Shown here piece by piece: positions 40,656 to 54,908 of a stretch of 64,000 nucleotides of DNA. This stretch comes from Cycas panzhihuaensis (lineage: Eukaryota > Plantae > Cycadophyta). The DNA lies in contig CM041465.1 of assembly GCA_023213395.1 (NCBI GenBank), positions 113,839,741-113,903,740 of the forward strand. The letters are read 5' to 3'. A program made the translations under genes and the position numbers. The first letter of the stretch is position 1, and the number at the start of each line of letters is the position of its first letter. Under the pieces are notes generated by a model, which was not told the DNA's origin, made no database searches, and saw only the letters and a list, made by a program, of their open reading frames with translations.

Positions 40656-42575
40656 ATCTGAGTCTAATTCTAATATTGGATAGTGGCATTTTATTACCAA
40701 AAAATCCCTCTTTTACTAGGATTTTGGTCCTTGATGGACTACATAAATACTCAAGAGTCTTAACTGTTAAAACATTATAATACCCCCTCCATTTCTTCTC
40801 ATTTATATAAATTCATGTTTATAATATATTAATTGACCCTTGATGTAATTTAATCATTTGGGATAGTGAGGTCGAGTCCATCTCTTATGTCAATAAGTTG
40901 GCCTATTATATTACATTATAATCTTGGCGAATGGCTATAAATATTGCCTTACATCTTTGTACTTTATATATTGAATTATGATTAATATGGAAGCTCTTCT
41001 TGAGAGAGAGCCTACAATGTGGTGAATTCAGCCATACCATTATATGATCATATGTTTTGCTAATTTTCTTGATTTGTTGAATATTTATTAATATTTTACT
41101 TATTGTACTTGAATTAGGGTATGTGTATTTAGATCATGTTATTCTCACATGGTATTAGAGCTTGTATGTACCTGATTTAAAAGTATTTTGGTGATTTTAG
41201 TTGATTTTACTCTATTTCCTTCATGTTCTTTAGAAAATCTAAGGTTTTATGTAGTGTTAGAGCTCATACACAGCTGGTTGTGAGAGATTTCAGCCTCCCA
41301 CAATATATTTTGAAGCTCATTTATATCCATTTGGGGTTTTACTCAGTTTTATTGAAGAAAATGTGTGAAAAAACATGTTTTCTACTTGTTGCAATCATAT
41401 TACTTATGATTGTTACTTGTTGGAGCATTAATAGGGTTTGTAGTAGCCCCACACCCATTTCTAGTACCTGATATAGGAGCTTTCTGGAGTTTTTTGGTTA
41501 TTTTTGGATCTATTCTTCATTGTATGGTCTATATTGTACCATAGACTTCCATAGATTTATTCTCCTAAATTTAAGCTTTCTTTAAAAAATTCTAAGTCTA
41601 TTGGGTACCTATCATCATTGTGTCCTTTTTTCTAAAATTTCATCTCATTCTAAGTCTATTTGATCCTCTTTTAGGGTTCCACATTCCTACTTTGGTCACC
41701 TGTATTTGCACTTAAGTCATATAAACCTTAAAAAAGATACCTGTGCTATTTTTGTAATATATCTACAATTGTTTATTCAATTTGTGAACCATCTAAAGTG
41801 TCAAAAAGATGATTCATAGCTCTATAATTTAGAATCAAATTTAGCTAGATTTGGAGCTAATTTGAGGGAAGTATTTATTCCTCAAGTTGACCTTTATGTT
41901 CAAGCTATTTGAGCTTTATTTTTTAAGATTTGAAGGTATTTTTCAATTTTCTTGATGTTCTTTTTCTAGGTTAGGATGTGTCTTATTATTTTTAGCTATT
42001 CAATTCTAATTTTTAAGGCTAATAAGTACTTGGTAATATCTCATGTATAGGTGTTGCTCTTGGAAGGTTGAAGAAGTTAACTCTTAAAGATTGGCCCATC
42101 AAGAGCATTCTAAACCTACCATTGTCATTTTAATTTGCTATATTTCTTTTTCATTTCATTTATTACTTTAAAAAAAACCTCTTGTGTTTAAGAAACTCAC
42201 TTAAAAATTAAATTTTTACATTAAAAAGATAACTCCTAAATTGAACCCCTATTTCTAGCCTTACAAGGGGAACTGTTAGGACCCTTGAAGTTACTACCAT
42301 GCACACGCCTTTGGCCTACTCATATTGGATGAGGAACGTCATTGGCTATAAGGTGTAATAGGTGGAAGGCTAAGGAGGAGACCTTATCTTTTAGAGTTTG
42401 GAGACCAATCTAGACCCAAGAGAGTGAGTGCCTTGGTTAATAAGTTCTCACCACTAGATCTATCATTTGGCATAAGACCAACATAGGTGGAGAAACAAAT
42501 TAGGGGGTTCTTAAGATCTTCTTAGTAGCCCATGTACTAAGGTATATTGAGCCCTTAAGATCATGTATTAGTATA

Positions 42576-45409
42576 TGTTGGAAAATAGAACCTGCAATAA
42601 GATATTGGCAAATAGAATAGAACACACCTCCACAGGATCGAATGGTACCCTTAAGGTACCTCTATTGTATTAATAAAACATCCTTACAACCACTCTAATA
42701 TGATACACTATGTTATGTATTTATAATACATGTCAATATAGTGAGAGTGGAACCCACTTACATCTGGGACAAAATAAATATACATTAATATTCCAACACT
42801 CCCCCTTAATACACATTTGGATCACTTGTACTTATAATGCCTTGTCCTTGGAAGTGTCTTAAAAATGATGTCTTTAACTTGATCATTGTCTTCAAACTTG
42901 TAGTGATGTCTTTGCTATAAAATGATGTCTTCATCTTGATTTTCATCTTCAATTATGTACTGATGTCTTTGTAGGATGATGTCCTCAACTTGATTTCTAT
43001 CTTCAATCATGTAGTGATGATGTTGATGTAGCAGCTCTAGCAAGTGCAAATCATGATTCTTTATTGTGCCTGGTCTAGTTTGATTTTGATGTAGATCCTG
43101 TAAATAACCATCTTCAATCACAACTTACATGTCATCATTATCCTATATAAACTCTTAATCACCATGTCCAATAGTGATTTCTTCAATCTTTAGAGCAAAA
43201 TCTTAATCAACTAGCATACTCTTTAAAATTGAATCAATTCTCAAAGTGGGAATATCATTCAAACTTGAATTAATACTTAAAGTAGGAATATCATCAATAT
43301 AAGACTCATCCTTTATAGAACCATCGGATTCATATTCAATCTCTCTTGAAATCATGGTGTCATCTATATAAACCTTTATCAACTCATCACTTTCAATGTC
43401 TTCATTAGTAGTTATAGTCTCATCAATACATTCAACTATCGCTTCCTTACATTCAATAGAAATTTCATCAGTACTCATACATTCTTCATCTTGACATGTT
43501 ATTTCATTAGTGTTATTGATATTTTCTTCATTCATTGTACCTGTACCATAACCATAACTAGCCTTAATTGCCTTTTCAATCATTTGTTGTGTCTCTTTAG
43601 GAGTTTGTTCAAATACTTCCCTTAGAAAATCCCAAGCTTCTTTAGTATTACTTGCATGTAGAATTATAGGAATGACAAAATGGAATTTGGAAGGAAGATC
43701 AACCTCATTAAATGCAGCATGAATCATAATGAATGCTTTTCTATCTTTCTTCTCAAGTATTTCCTTTTCTTCTTCATCCTTAGGGATATCATATTCATCA
43801 ATAATAATCTTCCATAAACCTCTAGCTATGAATAAACATCTCATTTTAATTATCCAAAAGAAGTAGTCTTTACCATTACACTTAGGTATTAGAAGAAATG
43901 AATCCCTTAAGTAATATTCATTTGTTTCAGGAGCATATATAATCACATCATTATCCTCCATGATTGTAAATACCATTTTCTAATACCATGTCCCTTTTCC
44001 AATCAACAAATTCACCCATCAATCTCAACAAACTTTCTTATGTCTCATGTCCCTGATATCACTAACTTTATTATCACATCATTGCCTTATGCATCTCACA
44101 TATTGCTAAATAGTCATATACAAAGAATATATGAAGCACTTTCTTCACCATAGAATCAAAGCTTATACCACATACATCTCACAGGAATCATGCATACCTC
44201 ATGTCACCATTAAATCGCCAAGACATATCACACTTCATTTAATTGCTCAAAACATAACTCATGCCGTAATACCACTCAACAAAGCTTGTTTCCCTATAAC
44301 TCATGTATCTTCAATAAAAGAAACTCATCCTTCTTTGCCCATTTAATCAATTAGAACACATCATTAAACATGCTTGATCTCATATGCAACAAGCACCTCA
44401 TTGCCTTAAATCACTATCTTTCTTGCCCTCAAATTAGCTTTGTTATGCTCATCAAGTCCCTTCATGTAAATCACATTCCACGGAGCACTTAATTGTCATA
44501 TTCTATCCAAATCATTCATGTAAACACATGTACTAAAACACTTAAACTATTATTAAATAATCACTTCATTACCATTGCCTCATTCATGTCATCATATCAA
44601 TACGAAACCCTTAAATTCCTAAAAACTTATTTTTGAAAAAAGCATAGCTCAAAAATACATAAAATATGGATGGAAATGATGGCCTCTAAAATATAATCCC
44701 AATGGTTCAAATGAAATTAAATTCTGATATCCAATCAAAAGTTATGCTTCTTTTAAGAATTTCATAATTAGGGTTTCTAGGGGCTATAACAGTACCTTCT
44801 GATAAACTACTAATAACTTTTTATTCTAAACTTTAATGAAACTAAAACTCCTTCCATTAGAAAGAGAATTTAAAAATGCACAGAATAAAAAACAAATTGA
44901 GGTTATTTGGATACATGTAGCCAAAGATATGGCTCTTTGAAGTTGAGGTTACAGATCTATCCCAAAAATACGACGACAAAAAAATAGTAAGTTGAAATTA
45001 ATTTTGCTATAATTTTCGCATTTTCACCCTAAAATCTATAGTGCAATGACTCAAATTTTATAGAATGAGATATTTCGTCTCAATTTCGCTATTACTTTTT
45101 AGAAATTTCAATATTATGGCACCTCCCAAATCACTGCTCTAATACTGAACAAAAACACCTCTCTCAACCTGGGCACTCTCATACCATGTTGGAAAATAAA
45201 ACCTATAATAAGATATTGGCAAATAGAATAGAACACACCTCCACTGGATCAAATGGTACCCTTAAGGTACCTCCATTATATTAATAAAACATCCTTACAA
45301 CCACTCCAATATGATACACTATGTTGTGTATTTATAATACATGTCAATATAGTGAGAGTGGAACCCACTTGCATGTGGGACAAAATAAATGTACATTAAT
45401 ATTCCAATA
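42576..45409 (-). mobile_element. Non-autonomous gag-only (TR-GAG-like) LTR element C
   Basis: 223-bp LTRs 42576-42798 and 45187-45409; perfect TSD gtata; minus-strand PBS (actctcatacca); minus-strand PPT (ctccccctt). Confidence 0.92.
43203..43976 (-). CDS. Copia gag N-terminal-like protein with acidic repeat tail (257 aa, open), element C
   Basis: IPKCNGKDYFFWIIKMRCLFIARGLWKII...KKDRKAFIMIH...NTKEAWDFLREVF followed by an E/D/I-rich tail. Confidence 0.72.
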   Translation of the reverse strand: MVFTIMEDNDVIIYAPETNEYYLRDSFLLIPKCNGKDYFFWIIKMRCLFIARGLWKIIIDEYDIPKDEEEKEILEKKDRKAFIMIHAAFNEVDLPSKFHFVIPIILHASNTKEAWDFLREVFEQTPKETQQMIEKAIKASYGYGTGTMNEENINNTNEITCQDEECMSTDEISIECKEAIVECIDETITTNEDIESDELIKVYIDDTMISREIEYESDGSIKDESYIDDIPTLSINSSLNDIPTLRIDSILKSMLVD

Positions 45410-45614
45410 GTATATTGAGCCCTTAAACTCATGTATTAGTTTATCAAGTCCCTAGTTTGCCACTTGTAAGTAGGCACCATTAGACAGGATAGCAATTGAA
45501 AGCTTTCCTAGAGACCCTTTGCCTTAGAATCCTAGATTAGAAGCCACTTAGGTAGATTAGTACCTCATCACATAAAAATTTAAAAATATCAAACAAAAAA
45601 AAGAAAACTTTCAA

Positions 45615-48600
45615 ATGTGGCATTCTAAATGCTTCTTTCTAACAACATCAAACTCAATAGTATTAATAACTTTATACCTTGGAAAAAGCAAGTCAAAAAC
45701 TTGCTTATTATGAATGAATATTAGGCCTATGTCAATGGGGACATACCCATACCTAAGCCCACTCAAGATCCAAATGATCTCACTAAATATATTCCACCTA
45801 ATTTTGTAGCCTTAGAAAACTTTAAAGCTAAGGATAACATAGCATTATCCTTGCTCCACTTGGCAATTGAAGACAAAATGGATTAAAACATTGAAATAGA
45901 ATAATGCTTAAATGAAGCCTGGACCATACTTTATTCACTCTATGAGAGGAATAATGAATTTAGGTCTCTTACCCTTAAGGCTCACCTATTTTCTATGCCT
46001 TTTACTGGAAACATTATAAGTCATTTAACTAAAGTCAAAACCATTAGAAACCAATTAATGATCCTTGGTATGCTATCTTCTGACCATGATCTAATCTCAA
46101 GAATTATAAACATTTTACCCATTGAATATAACTCCTTTGTCTCCAAGATATATGATAATTATTCTAAGATTGACTTCATAACCTTTGAAGGGCTCTTACT
46201 TCAAGAGGAAAATATTCTCAATTGACTAAGGGTGACATCGATATCTGACTCATCTCCTGCCTTTGCAGCCTAAAACTTAAAAAAGGGTAAGACTGTTAAT
46301 AGAGTAGCCTAACAGCTTAGTCAGCAACAAGACCTAGCTCAACTCTTGGACTCTCTCTCTATATCACAAGAGTTACATTAACAGCCAACTTAGCAGCATT
46401 TTATTAGAACCTCCTCCTCCTCCTATCCAAATCAGTAGCTTCAATAATTATAGCATCAACCACAGAGAAAGTCTTAAAAGAATTAGCAAGGTAAATAAAA
46501 TATAACCTGCCTCTACTATAGAAAATCTAGATGCCTAGCTATTAAATATAGGAAAAGAGAAGCTGATTTACAACTCTTATAAAACCAAGGAATCCAAGCA
46601 TATGGGCTAGTCTATCAACAACCACCCCCCAATTATCAATAAGGAGCACCTTCATACCATCAAGGAGGCTTTAGTTATAATCAACAAAGATAAGGAGCTT
46701 CTTATCAATAAGGAGGAGCATGCCCTCCTTAAGGAGTCCCCTTTCCACAACAAGGAGGCCCTTATTATTAACATGGTGGTTTAGTTCAACAAGAAGGCCT
46801 TTTATACCCATAAGTGGGGCCATCATATCAACCTCAAGGCCAGTTTTATCAACAAAATTGGAATCCAAGGCCCACACAAGGTCAAAGACCTCAATATAGG
46901 CAATAATTCATAAGCAGAAATTAAAGGAACGAATAATACAATCAGCAATAAGGTGGCAATATGGAAGATGGTCAATACTCCTCCTCCCATAACCTATTTT
47001 TTACAGTATTTTCCTCTTAGCTTGATAAGACCATATGGCTTCTTGATTCTAGTGCAACAAGATATATGATAGGTTCTAAAAAAGTATTAGAAGAGACCCA
47101 ACTAATCAACACTCAAATGGACACATTTAGGGACAACATAACTTATAATGTAACCAAAATTAGTAGGGTATTAATTACATTGAAGGACTCCAATATTGGA
47201 CACCACATCAGTAATGTGTTCCTTGTACTTAGTATGAAGATGAACCTACTTTTTATCAGTCAAATGGATAAGTAGAACTTAGATGTCCTCTTTAGCTAGA
47301 GTATTTGCAGAATTACAGACCATGCTATAGGAAAACTTATGGCCACATGGCATGAAGATGATGGCTTATATAGGCTAGACAGAGTCCTTCTTACCACTAC
47401 TCCTCAACATAAATCCTTCTCAATGGCCAACACAACTCAATGTAATAAGGAGAAGGATGTAATTAAGGAAGAGTCCCCTTACATACATGAACTAGGAGAA
47501 TGCTCCTACTTAAAGGATGAAGTGACTACAAATAGATCCAAAGACCACTTATGGTATCAACACTTAGATCATTTAAATATGCAAAGCTCAAATCTCATGT
47601 CTAGGCTCAAAATGGTATATGACCTACCCAAAATCAATAGATATCGGAACATATGTGAGACATGCCTAAAGGGAAAGCAACAAAGAGAAAAATTCTCTTC
47701 TAAGAATGCTTGCAGAGCTTCACAACCATTAGAGTTGGTATATTTTAATATTTATGGTCCTATATCCACTCAATCTCTTAATGGTAGTTGATATTTTATT
47801 ACCTTCATAGATGAATTCTCAAGGAAAGTATAGGTATACTTCTTGAGAAATAAATATCAAGACCTAGACAGATTCAAAGAGTTCAAAGTTACTATAGAAA
47901 ATTAAAGTGGGATGAGAATCAAGACCCTTAGATCTAATAATGGAGGTGAGTATATTTCAAATCAGTTTAATAATTTTTGCAAAAAACATGGCATCCAACA
48001 TCAATTTTCTACTCCTTATATAGCTCAACAGAATGATGTAGCTAAAAGAATGAATCACCCTTTGATTAACAAAGGGAAAGTCATGTTTAGTGTGGCCAAC
48101 CTTACCACTAGATTTTGGGATGATGCCATTGCCACTAACCAACATAAATCCTACAATTACAGTTAGGAACATTACTCCTAAAGAAGCTTGGTCAGGTCAG
48201 AAACCATCTATAGCTCACATAAGGATCTTTGGATGCATGGCATATGAACATGTCCCAAAGGATAATAGGAAGAAACTTAATGACAAGAGCCTTAAGTCCA
48301 TATTCCTTGGCTATGTACCTAGTTGCAAAACCTATAAAGTCTTTCACACAGTTCATAACCAAGCTTACATGACATCAGATGTAATCTTTATAGAAGAACC
48401 ACAGGTATTGACACCTCCTCCACATCAGATTGTAGTAGAAAATGAAGTTGGTGTGACATAAGTGACCGTTGGACAAACTTTGGAGTCACCTATACCAACT
48501 TACTCCTACACTCTAGGTCCATCATTAGTTCCAACAACTTCTTTTCCATCCACTCAAGTGAGTACAAACTTACCTCCTATTTCAATTAATGACCTTTAGG

Positions 48601-49150
48601 TGGAAGCCACCAACTTTCAGCTACCTCCTAAGTGGGTACAACAACGTTTAAAGGATGCTCCTCCTCCTCCCATAGCTGCAAAGAGGCCTTCTAAGATGAG
48701 ACACTCTATAAACTTTACCCTCATGACATGTGCCCTTAAAACTCCTTAGCCTTCCACATTTGAGGAGGCAATCAAAGACCAAAAATGGAAAGCAACTATG
48801 GATGAAGAGATGAATTCTATCTTAAAAAATGACTCTTGGGAGCTGACTGAATTTCCACCTGGGAGGAAAGCAATTGACTATATATGGCTATACAAGATAA
48901 AGTTCCATGTAGATGACACAATAAAGTGTCACAAATCTCGCCTTATTGTAAGAGGTTTTAAACAATAGGAAGTTTCCAATATTAAGGTCCACCATCACTT
49001 CATCTGAAAGCATGTCCAAAATAGAGAAGTTGATGTTGTCTACCATCTTACTGAAGACTACGTTGTAAACATCTTCACTAAAGCTCTTGGTAAATCAAAG
49101 TTTGAATGATTTGGAGTTGACCTCAACATCCAAAGAAATGAAGTTGCTAT
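45615..49150 (+). pseudogene. Copia gag-PR-INT-(deleted RT)-RH end, decayed
   Basis: WLLDSSATRYM; LWYQHLDH...CETCLKGKQ; IKTLRSNNGGEY; IRIFGCMAYEHVPKDNRKKL; MDEEMNSILKNDSWEL; NIFTKALG. Confidence 0.9.
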
Positions 49151-51207
49151 TAAGGGAGGGTGTTAAAACATTGTAATACCTCCTCCATTTCTTCTCATTT
49201 ATGTAAATTCATGTTTATAATATATTAATGGACCCTTGATATAATTTAATCATATTAGATAGTAAGGCCAAGTCCATCTCTTGTGCCATTAAGTCGGCCT
49301 ATCCTATTACATTGTAATCTTGGTGGATGGCTATAAATATTGCCCCGCACCTTTGTACTTCATATATTGAATTCTAATTAATATAGAAGCTCTGCCTGAG
49401 AGAGAGCTTATGATGTGGTGAATTCACCTGTACCATTGCATGATCATATGTCTTGCTTATTTTCTTAATTTGTTGAATATTTATTAATATTTTGCTTATT
49501 GTCCTTGAATCAGGGCACATGTATTTAGATCATGTTATTCTCACATTAACTTTTATACCAATTAAATTTTTTTAAAATTTGACTCTTAGATATCATGTAG
49601 GAAGCCAAATTTAAGGTTAATCTTAATAGCTTAAAACTTGACAAAAAAAGACTTCAAATCAAAGAAATAATAATATTAATAGATAGTTCTCTGGTAATAT
49701 AATTTTTTTGAAAAATAAATACCGTATGCTCAAGTTATGGTCAAAACAAGATAACGTACCTTTTTCTAAGGTTACTAGTAAAAATTAAAAAGGGAATATT
49801 CTTTAGAATATTTTGATGTTAACTAGTATGCAACTTCATGCAAAATAAATGTTTATAGTTTTGAAAGGTATTTTCTTACTATAGAAGAGTTTGATTTCTT
49901 TGAAACTTTGTAAGCATATGGATTGCGATGTAATGATTAAAATGAGTACCCACTTCGAGGGCTTTCGTCAAAAATTCAACTATTAAATCTTTGTTCCTCA
50001 ATTCTTTTCCACCATGAGCACATGACCTTACTACTCTAATAGTAATGTTGTGTGTCGAACATAAAATAATTCATGAGCCTAAAAATTACCAAAAGTGAAA
50101 ATATATCAGATCAAATTATCATCCATATACTCTCTACAATGATACTCTCTTATATATATACTTTTTTTTCTCCTATTAACACATTCATCGACATATTAAG
50201 CTAACAGAATGGTTCATAATAAGAAATGCCATAACAAATATATATGTAATTGTAAATTACTAGCCACTTGCAAGACCCATTATCACATCTAGATGTGAGA
50301 GAATAAAATAAAATCACATGACCTTCATAATCTATGATTAAATCATGCAACGTAACTACCATTGCCTAACACACATATATATATGGTTTTAATAATGAAT
50401 CTTAAGGAGACTATGTAGGCTAAGGTTTAAATATATAGTAATTTAAAAGTAAAATTCATGCAAATCTTTGAATAAAATAAGTTGTTAACCATAAAATTGC
50501 CTAACCCTAACACAGCAATTTTTAAAGATAAATGGAGGCATTTTATTGATTTCTTAAAAATAAAATATATTACAAGAAGAAGTCTCTAGACTCTAAAAAA
50601 TTTAACTATGACAAAAGTAACTGAGTGCCAATTACTACAAAAAAATTCTCTCAAATACAAATAAATAAGAGAGGTTATGTAGCAATTTAGCACATTTTCA
50701 TGCATATATAAAATTTTTATAGGTTTTTGAATCTATTTAGTACATAATCTTTTACATAGTTCCATACAAGGGAAGCAAAGAAAAGAGTGAAGTTCTCTAA
50801 AAGATGAAGAGGGGATGGAATAAACATTACTCTTGGAAACATTGAGTCTATAATGAATAGGTGAATCTAAATTTAATATTATATTCATTAGTTATCTTGT
50901 CTACATTTACCAAGTTTTGATATAGGTAAACAAGTTCATTTGTATTACTTATATCATCAAAGTGGAGTCTTCCAAATTCCACCTTGAATCTATCATCTTT
51001 GAAATATTTGATAGGTTACTTCTTCTTTATGAGAATGTAGGTTAGAGAACTTATTATTTTGGTTATGTAACCTCTTCTACTATTGCATTGATTTTTAGTA
51101 TCCTTAATGGACTTTCTTCCCTACTATTCCTTTTTCTAAACAATGCATTAATAATAAAGAGTATTCTCAAATATATAAGTTTTAGAAGTCATACTACTTG
51201 TACCATG

Positions 51208-54200
51208 TGTTAAAACATAATGTTTAATGTGAGTTTATTATACACATACACTTCCCATCATTTACCTACTTTACGATATGTGATATATACATATATCCAT
51301 GTTATCCTATTATTAGATGATGTAACAACTCTTTACATTTGATAGACTACTCATGAGGTGATATCACTATTTATATGTACACTCACTACTTGAGAATTTG
51401 AGAAAGGATGAATGAAGGATAGAGGAGAAAGGATGTAAACCTTATGATCATAAGCAAAGTCCTAAATCTACCTTCTCTCATGGTTTTTCCCATAATTTAT
51501 TTTCCACATATAAATCTTGGTGTCCATCTTGGGGTGCTTGTTTTACATGTTTGATGTTTAATAGTTATGTTTATTAATTCGTTGTGTACATACTCATGAA
51601 TTCATTATTATTATATTTTTCATATTTTAGCATAGTATTAAAGTAATTTTGCTACTTATTTTAATGTGGCGTTAAAGTAGAGTTCAATCCAATCTATTAT
51701 GGTGAGGTGAAGATCCTATCAATCAAGTCTATTGAGCTTATAACAAGGGCAAGATATGAGGTATTATTTGTTAAGATAGATGTATATATATGCTACTGAC
51801 ATGCATGATAGATTATAGGACACCTGAATCCATTCAAGTTGCATATAAGACAAATACAAATAATATTGATGGTATGTTGATATAGTGTTTTATTATAGAC
51901 ATTTATTTTAAGCATGTTTGTTCTATATTCCTAGGACATGTAGGTACTCAAATCAGCCCACATGATATTATATTTAGTCCATAAGTCAATAGATTCCTTA
52001 TCACTCATGGACCATTTTAGAGGCAGTTTCGAGTGTCTCACAATATGATTCACTACCAGAATAAGGACACCCCATCAGTATATAGTAAATAGGTAGTAGG
52101 CCTGTACAATAGCATGTTGATAGGTTTCTTAATAAAAATGTGCAAGGTATGTGGTATGCAATAATTACAACAAATTACATATTTATGAGGGTAATTTTTT
52201 TATTACAATATATAGATAATTCATATATACACAACATAAATTATTTATTAAGGACATGACTACCTAGATTATGACTAAATGTCAAACCCTAAATGATGAC
52301 ATATAGATATAATATAGGCTTGAATAAATTGATGGCTATATATAGACATTTTATTGTCGATTTTATTTGTTAAGATCAATATTTTTGACATGTTTATAAC
52401 TATAGTCTATACAATAGCCATATTCTGGTATGAATACCACATTATTTTGATGAAACAATTATTTTAGTCTTTGTTTCATGGTGTGGATTCATAGATTATC
52501 TCAGCAACTACCATATCTATGGAGCACATGCTTCATGCCATATTTAATAGAGGACAACTCATATTCCAAATGTAGAATCAATATAGTCACTCATATGGAA
52601 GACAGACATAAGATAAAGAGTCACCCATATGGAAGATAGACACTAGACATAAAGTAGACTATAACTAGAGCTTACATAAGCCTTATGTATCCATAGTCAT
52701 CCAACCATGGAGAAATCGAGTGCCCCATCATTGTCTGGTTGCTTAAATGCAGAGTAAGCCACACCCACTCTAGAACCCTGGTGGAAACATCAAGCTTTTA
52801 AACAATTATTAGATTCAACCTAATCCACACAAATTATGGATATTAGCCTTTCATTCCTAGCACCCCTAAATTAGTTATTATTTACATCTACAAATCATGA
52901 TCATGCCCTATAATTGCAATAATAGATGGTATTATGCCCAAATAGAGAAATCACTCAGCATAACCCTAAATTACCCTTAGATTAGTGACAAAATGTCCTT
53001 ACTTATAGTCGTAGATGAAATCTACTTGAAATCATCCTTTGTGGATTTGTACATGAAGCAATGCTTAAGAAATATAATAGCTAGAATATATAGATGCCCT
53101 ATTAAATCACTAAAATCTATTCACATAATGCCCATACCCACAAAACATTATCACTAATCACACCCATAGATCGATCTAATCAATGATACATTGAGGGGAA
53201 ATTTAGTTGGAATTATATACACAAATTTGTGCCTTCATGGGAAAGGAAGCTTGCTTGGCTCTAGATTATAAATACATGGAAATCATTTTGATAATCAAAT
53301 GGTCACAAAGATTTTATATTTTATAGATATTTAGAAAAATTCATAAATAATATTCTCGTGTGCAGATGAATTTGTAGAAACAAATATTTTACAAACACTA
53401 AAAAAATTTGCATATGGTTTTATAAATTTAAATGGATTTGTTATTTGTTTGAGATCTAAAAAGTTCCACAACATCTTAGTAGGTGGTCATATGGAGAACC
53501 CATATAATTAAGGGTTAATCCTCAAAGGGGTTGATTTTATTTTTCAAAGGATTTTTAAATATGTTTAGGTCACTAGCATGTTTTCTCTTATAACTTCTCA
53601 CTTGTATATTAAATTCAGGTGTTGTCTATTACATTAGAAAGCAAACTTCTAGTTGGTCAAAATGAGTGGTTACACAACCTACTTTGGATAGTAGATGATA
53701 GAGAAAATTTAGGGTAAAGTTGATACAATAGCTTAAAATCTTATTTAGGATGAATTCCATATCTATTTTCAGGAAATGTTCATCCAATTCTAATGTTTCT
53801 TATGACTTCAAACATGATGATATACTTATTTTTGAGGAATGATAGATGGAAATTAAACCTTGATTTAAAATTAATCATTTTAAGGACTATTAATAACATT
53901 TCGAGGGCCATTTTAGTTAAAAATTTTATTAAGTGAGAAACATTTGATAAATTTATGACATATGACATTCTTGATATATTAGTTATTTATTTCTGCCCTT
54001 GGCAACATCACATTTGGTTTAGTAGATGATAAAACCTCTAACCAAACATATGGATCACCTAGTTATTAAAGCACTTTTTCATGATCCACACTAGCTGTTA
54101 ATTTTATCTAACTAGAGGTTGAGTATAATTTACCTTGTTATAGTTAACTTGCCTTCGCCAGGTAGTTTAGCCTATTTTCGAAGTTGATTGTTCAAGATGA

Positions 54201-54908
54201 GATCCAATTGTCAACTTGGTCTAGTTGATGTTATTTTGATACAACACACTCAATTGTGTTTATCCTACAAGCAATTTGAAAGGATGATAAACTATGTCTT
54301 TAAAGTAATTCCTAGTCAACAAACGGTTATAGCGGTTGGTCATCTATATGTTACAATATATGGATATTATTTTATATAGACTTAAATATCACTTTTCTTA
54401 CTTCTTAGTTTGATTTAATGGTTAACTAAATGTTGATCATCTAACTTAATATTAATTGAAAGTAGCCATATAGGTGAAGATATAAAGATGTGCACAAAAC
54501 ACTTCATATATGTTAGTTTTATATAGGTTAATACTTGACCAAGATAAGCATATATTTATAGGTTACTTACAAGTTATATGTAATATTAGATACAAGATAT
54601 AGTTATAGGATATAAGAGATATTTATAGGTTATAGATGATATGTCATAATGGATATATGATATAGTTACAAGTTATAAGTTCTAGCATACAGGTTGAAGA
54701 CTTGAAGACTTCATATCAAGATTCAAGGACATTAAACATTATACGGGGGTGTTAAAATATAATGTTTAATATGGGTTTATTATATACATACACTTCCCAC
54801 CATTTACCTACTTTGAAATATATGAGATGCACACATATCCATGTTGGATGATGTAATAACGCTTTATATTTGATAGGCTACTCATGAGGTGATATCACTA
54901 TTTATATG
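51208..54908 (+). mobile_element. Highly degenerate, deleted Copia; its 3' LTR (from 54750) is interrupted at 54908
   Basis: 5' LTR 51208-51632 matches 54750-54908; decayed PBS tagtattaaagt; PPT acggggg; faint RT/RH remnants at 53100-54280. Confidence 0.75.

Larger units (their letters stand above)
40765..49545 (+). mobile_element. Ty1/Copia LTR retrotransposon lacking most of RT and RNase H
   Basis: 385-bp LTRs 40765-41149 and 49161-49545; perfect TSD ttaac; PBS tggtattagagc; PPT aagggaggg. Confidence 0.93.
36111..50221 (-). mobile_element. Ty3/Gypsy chromovirus (Reina-like, short LTRs), interrupted in its leader by a Copia
   Basis: LTRs 36111-36284 and 50046-50221; perfect TSD agaaa; minus-strand PPT (tccctccccctccc); decayed Met-type PBS near 50033-50044. 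Confidence 0.9.
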
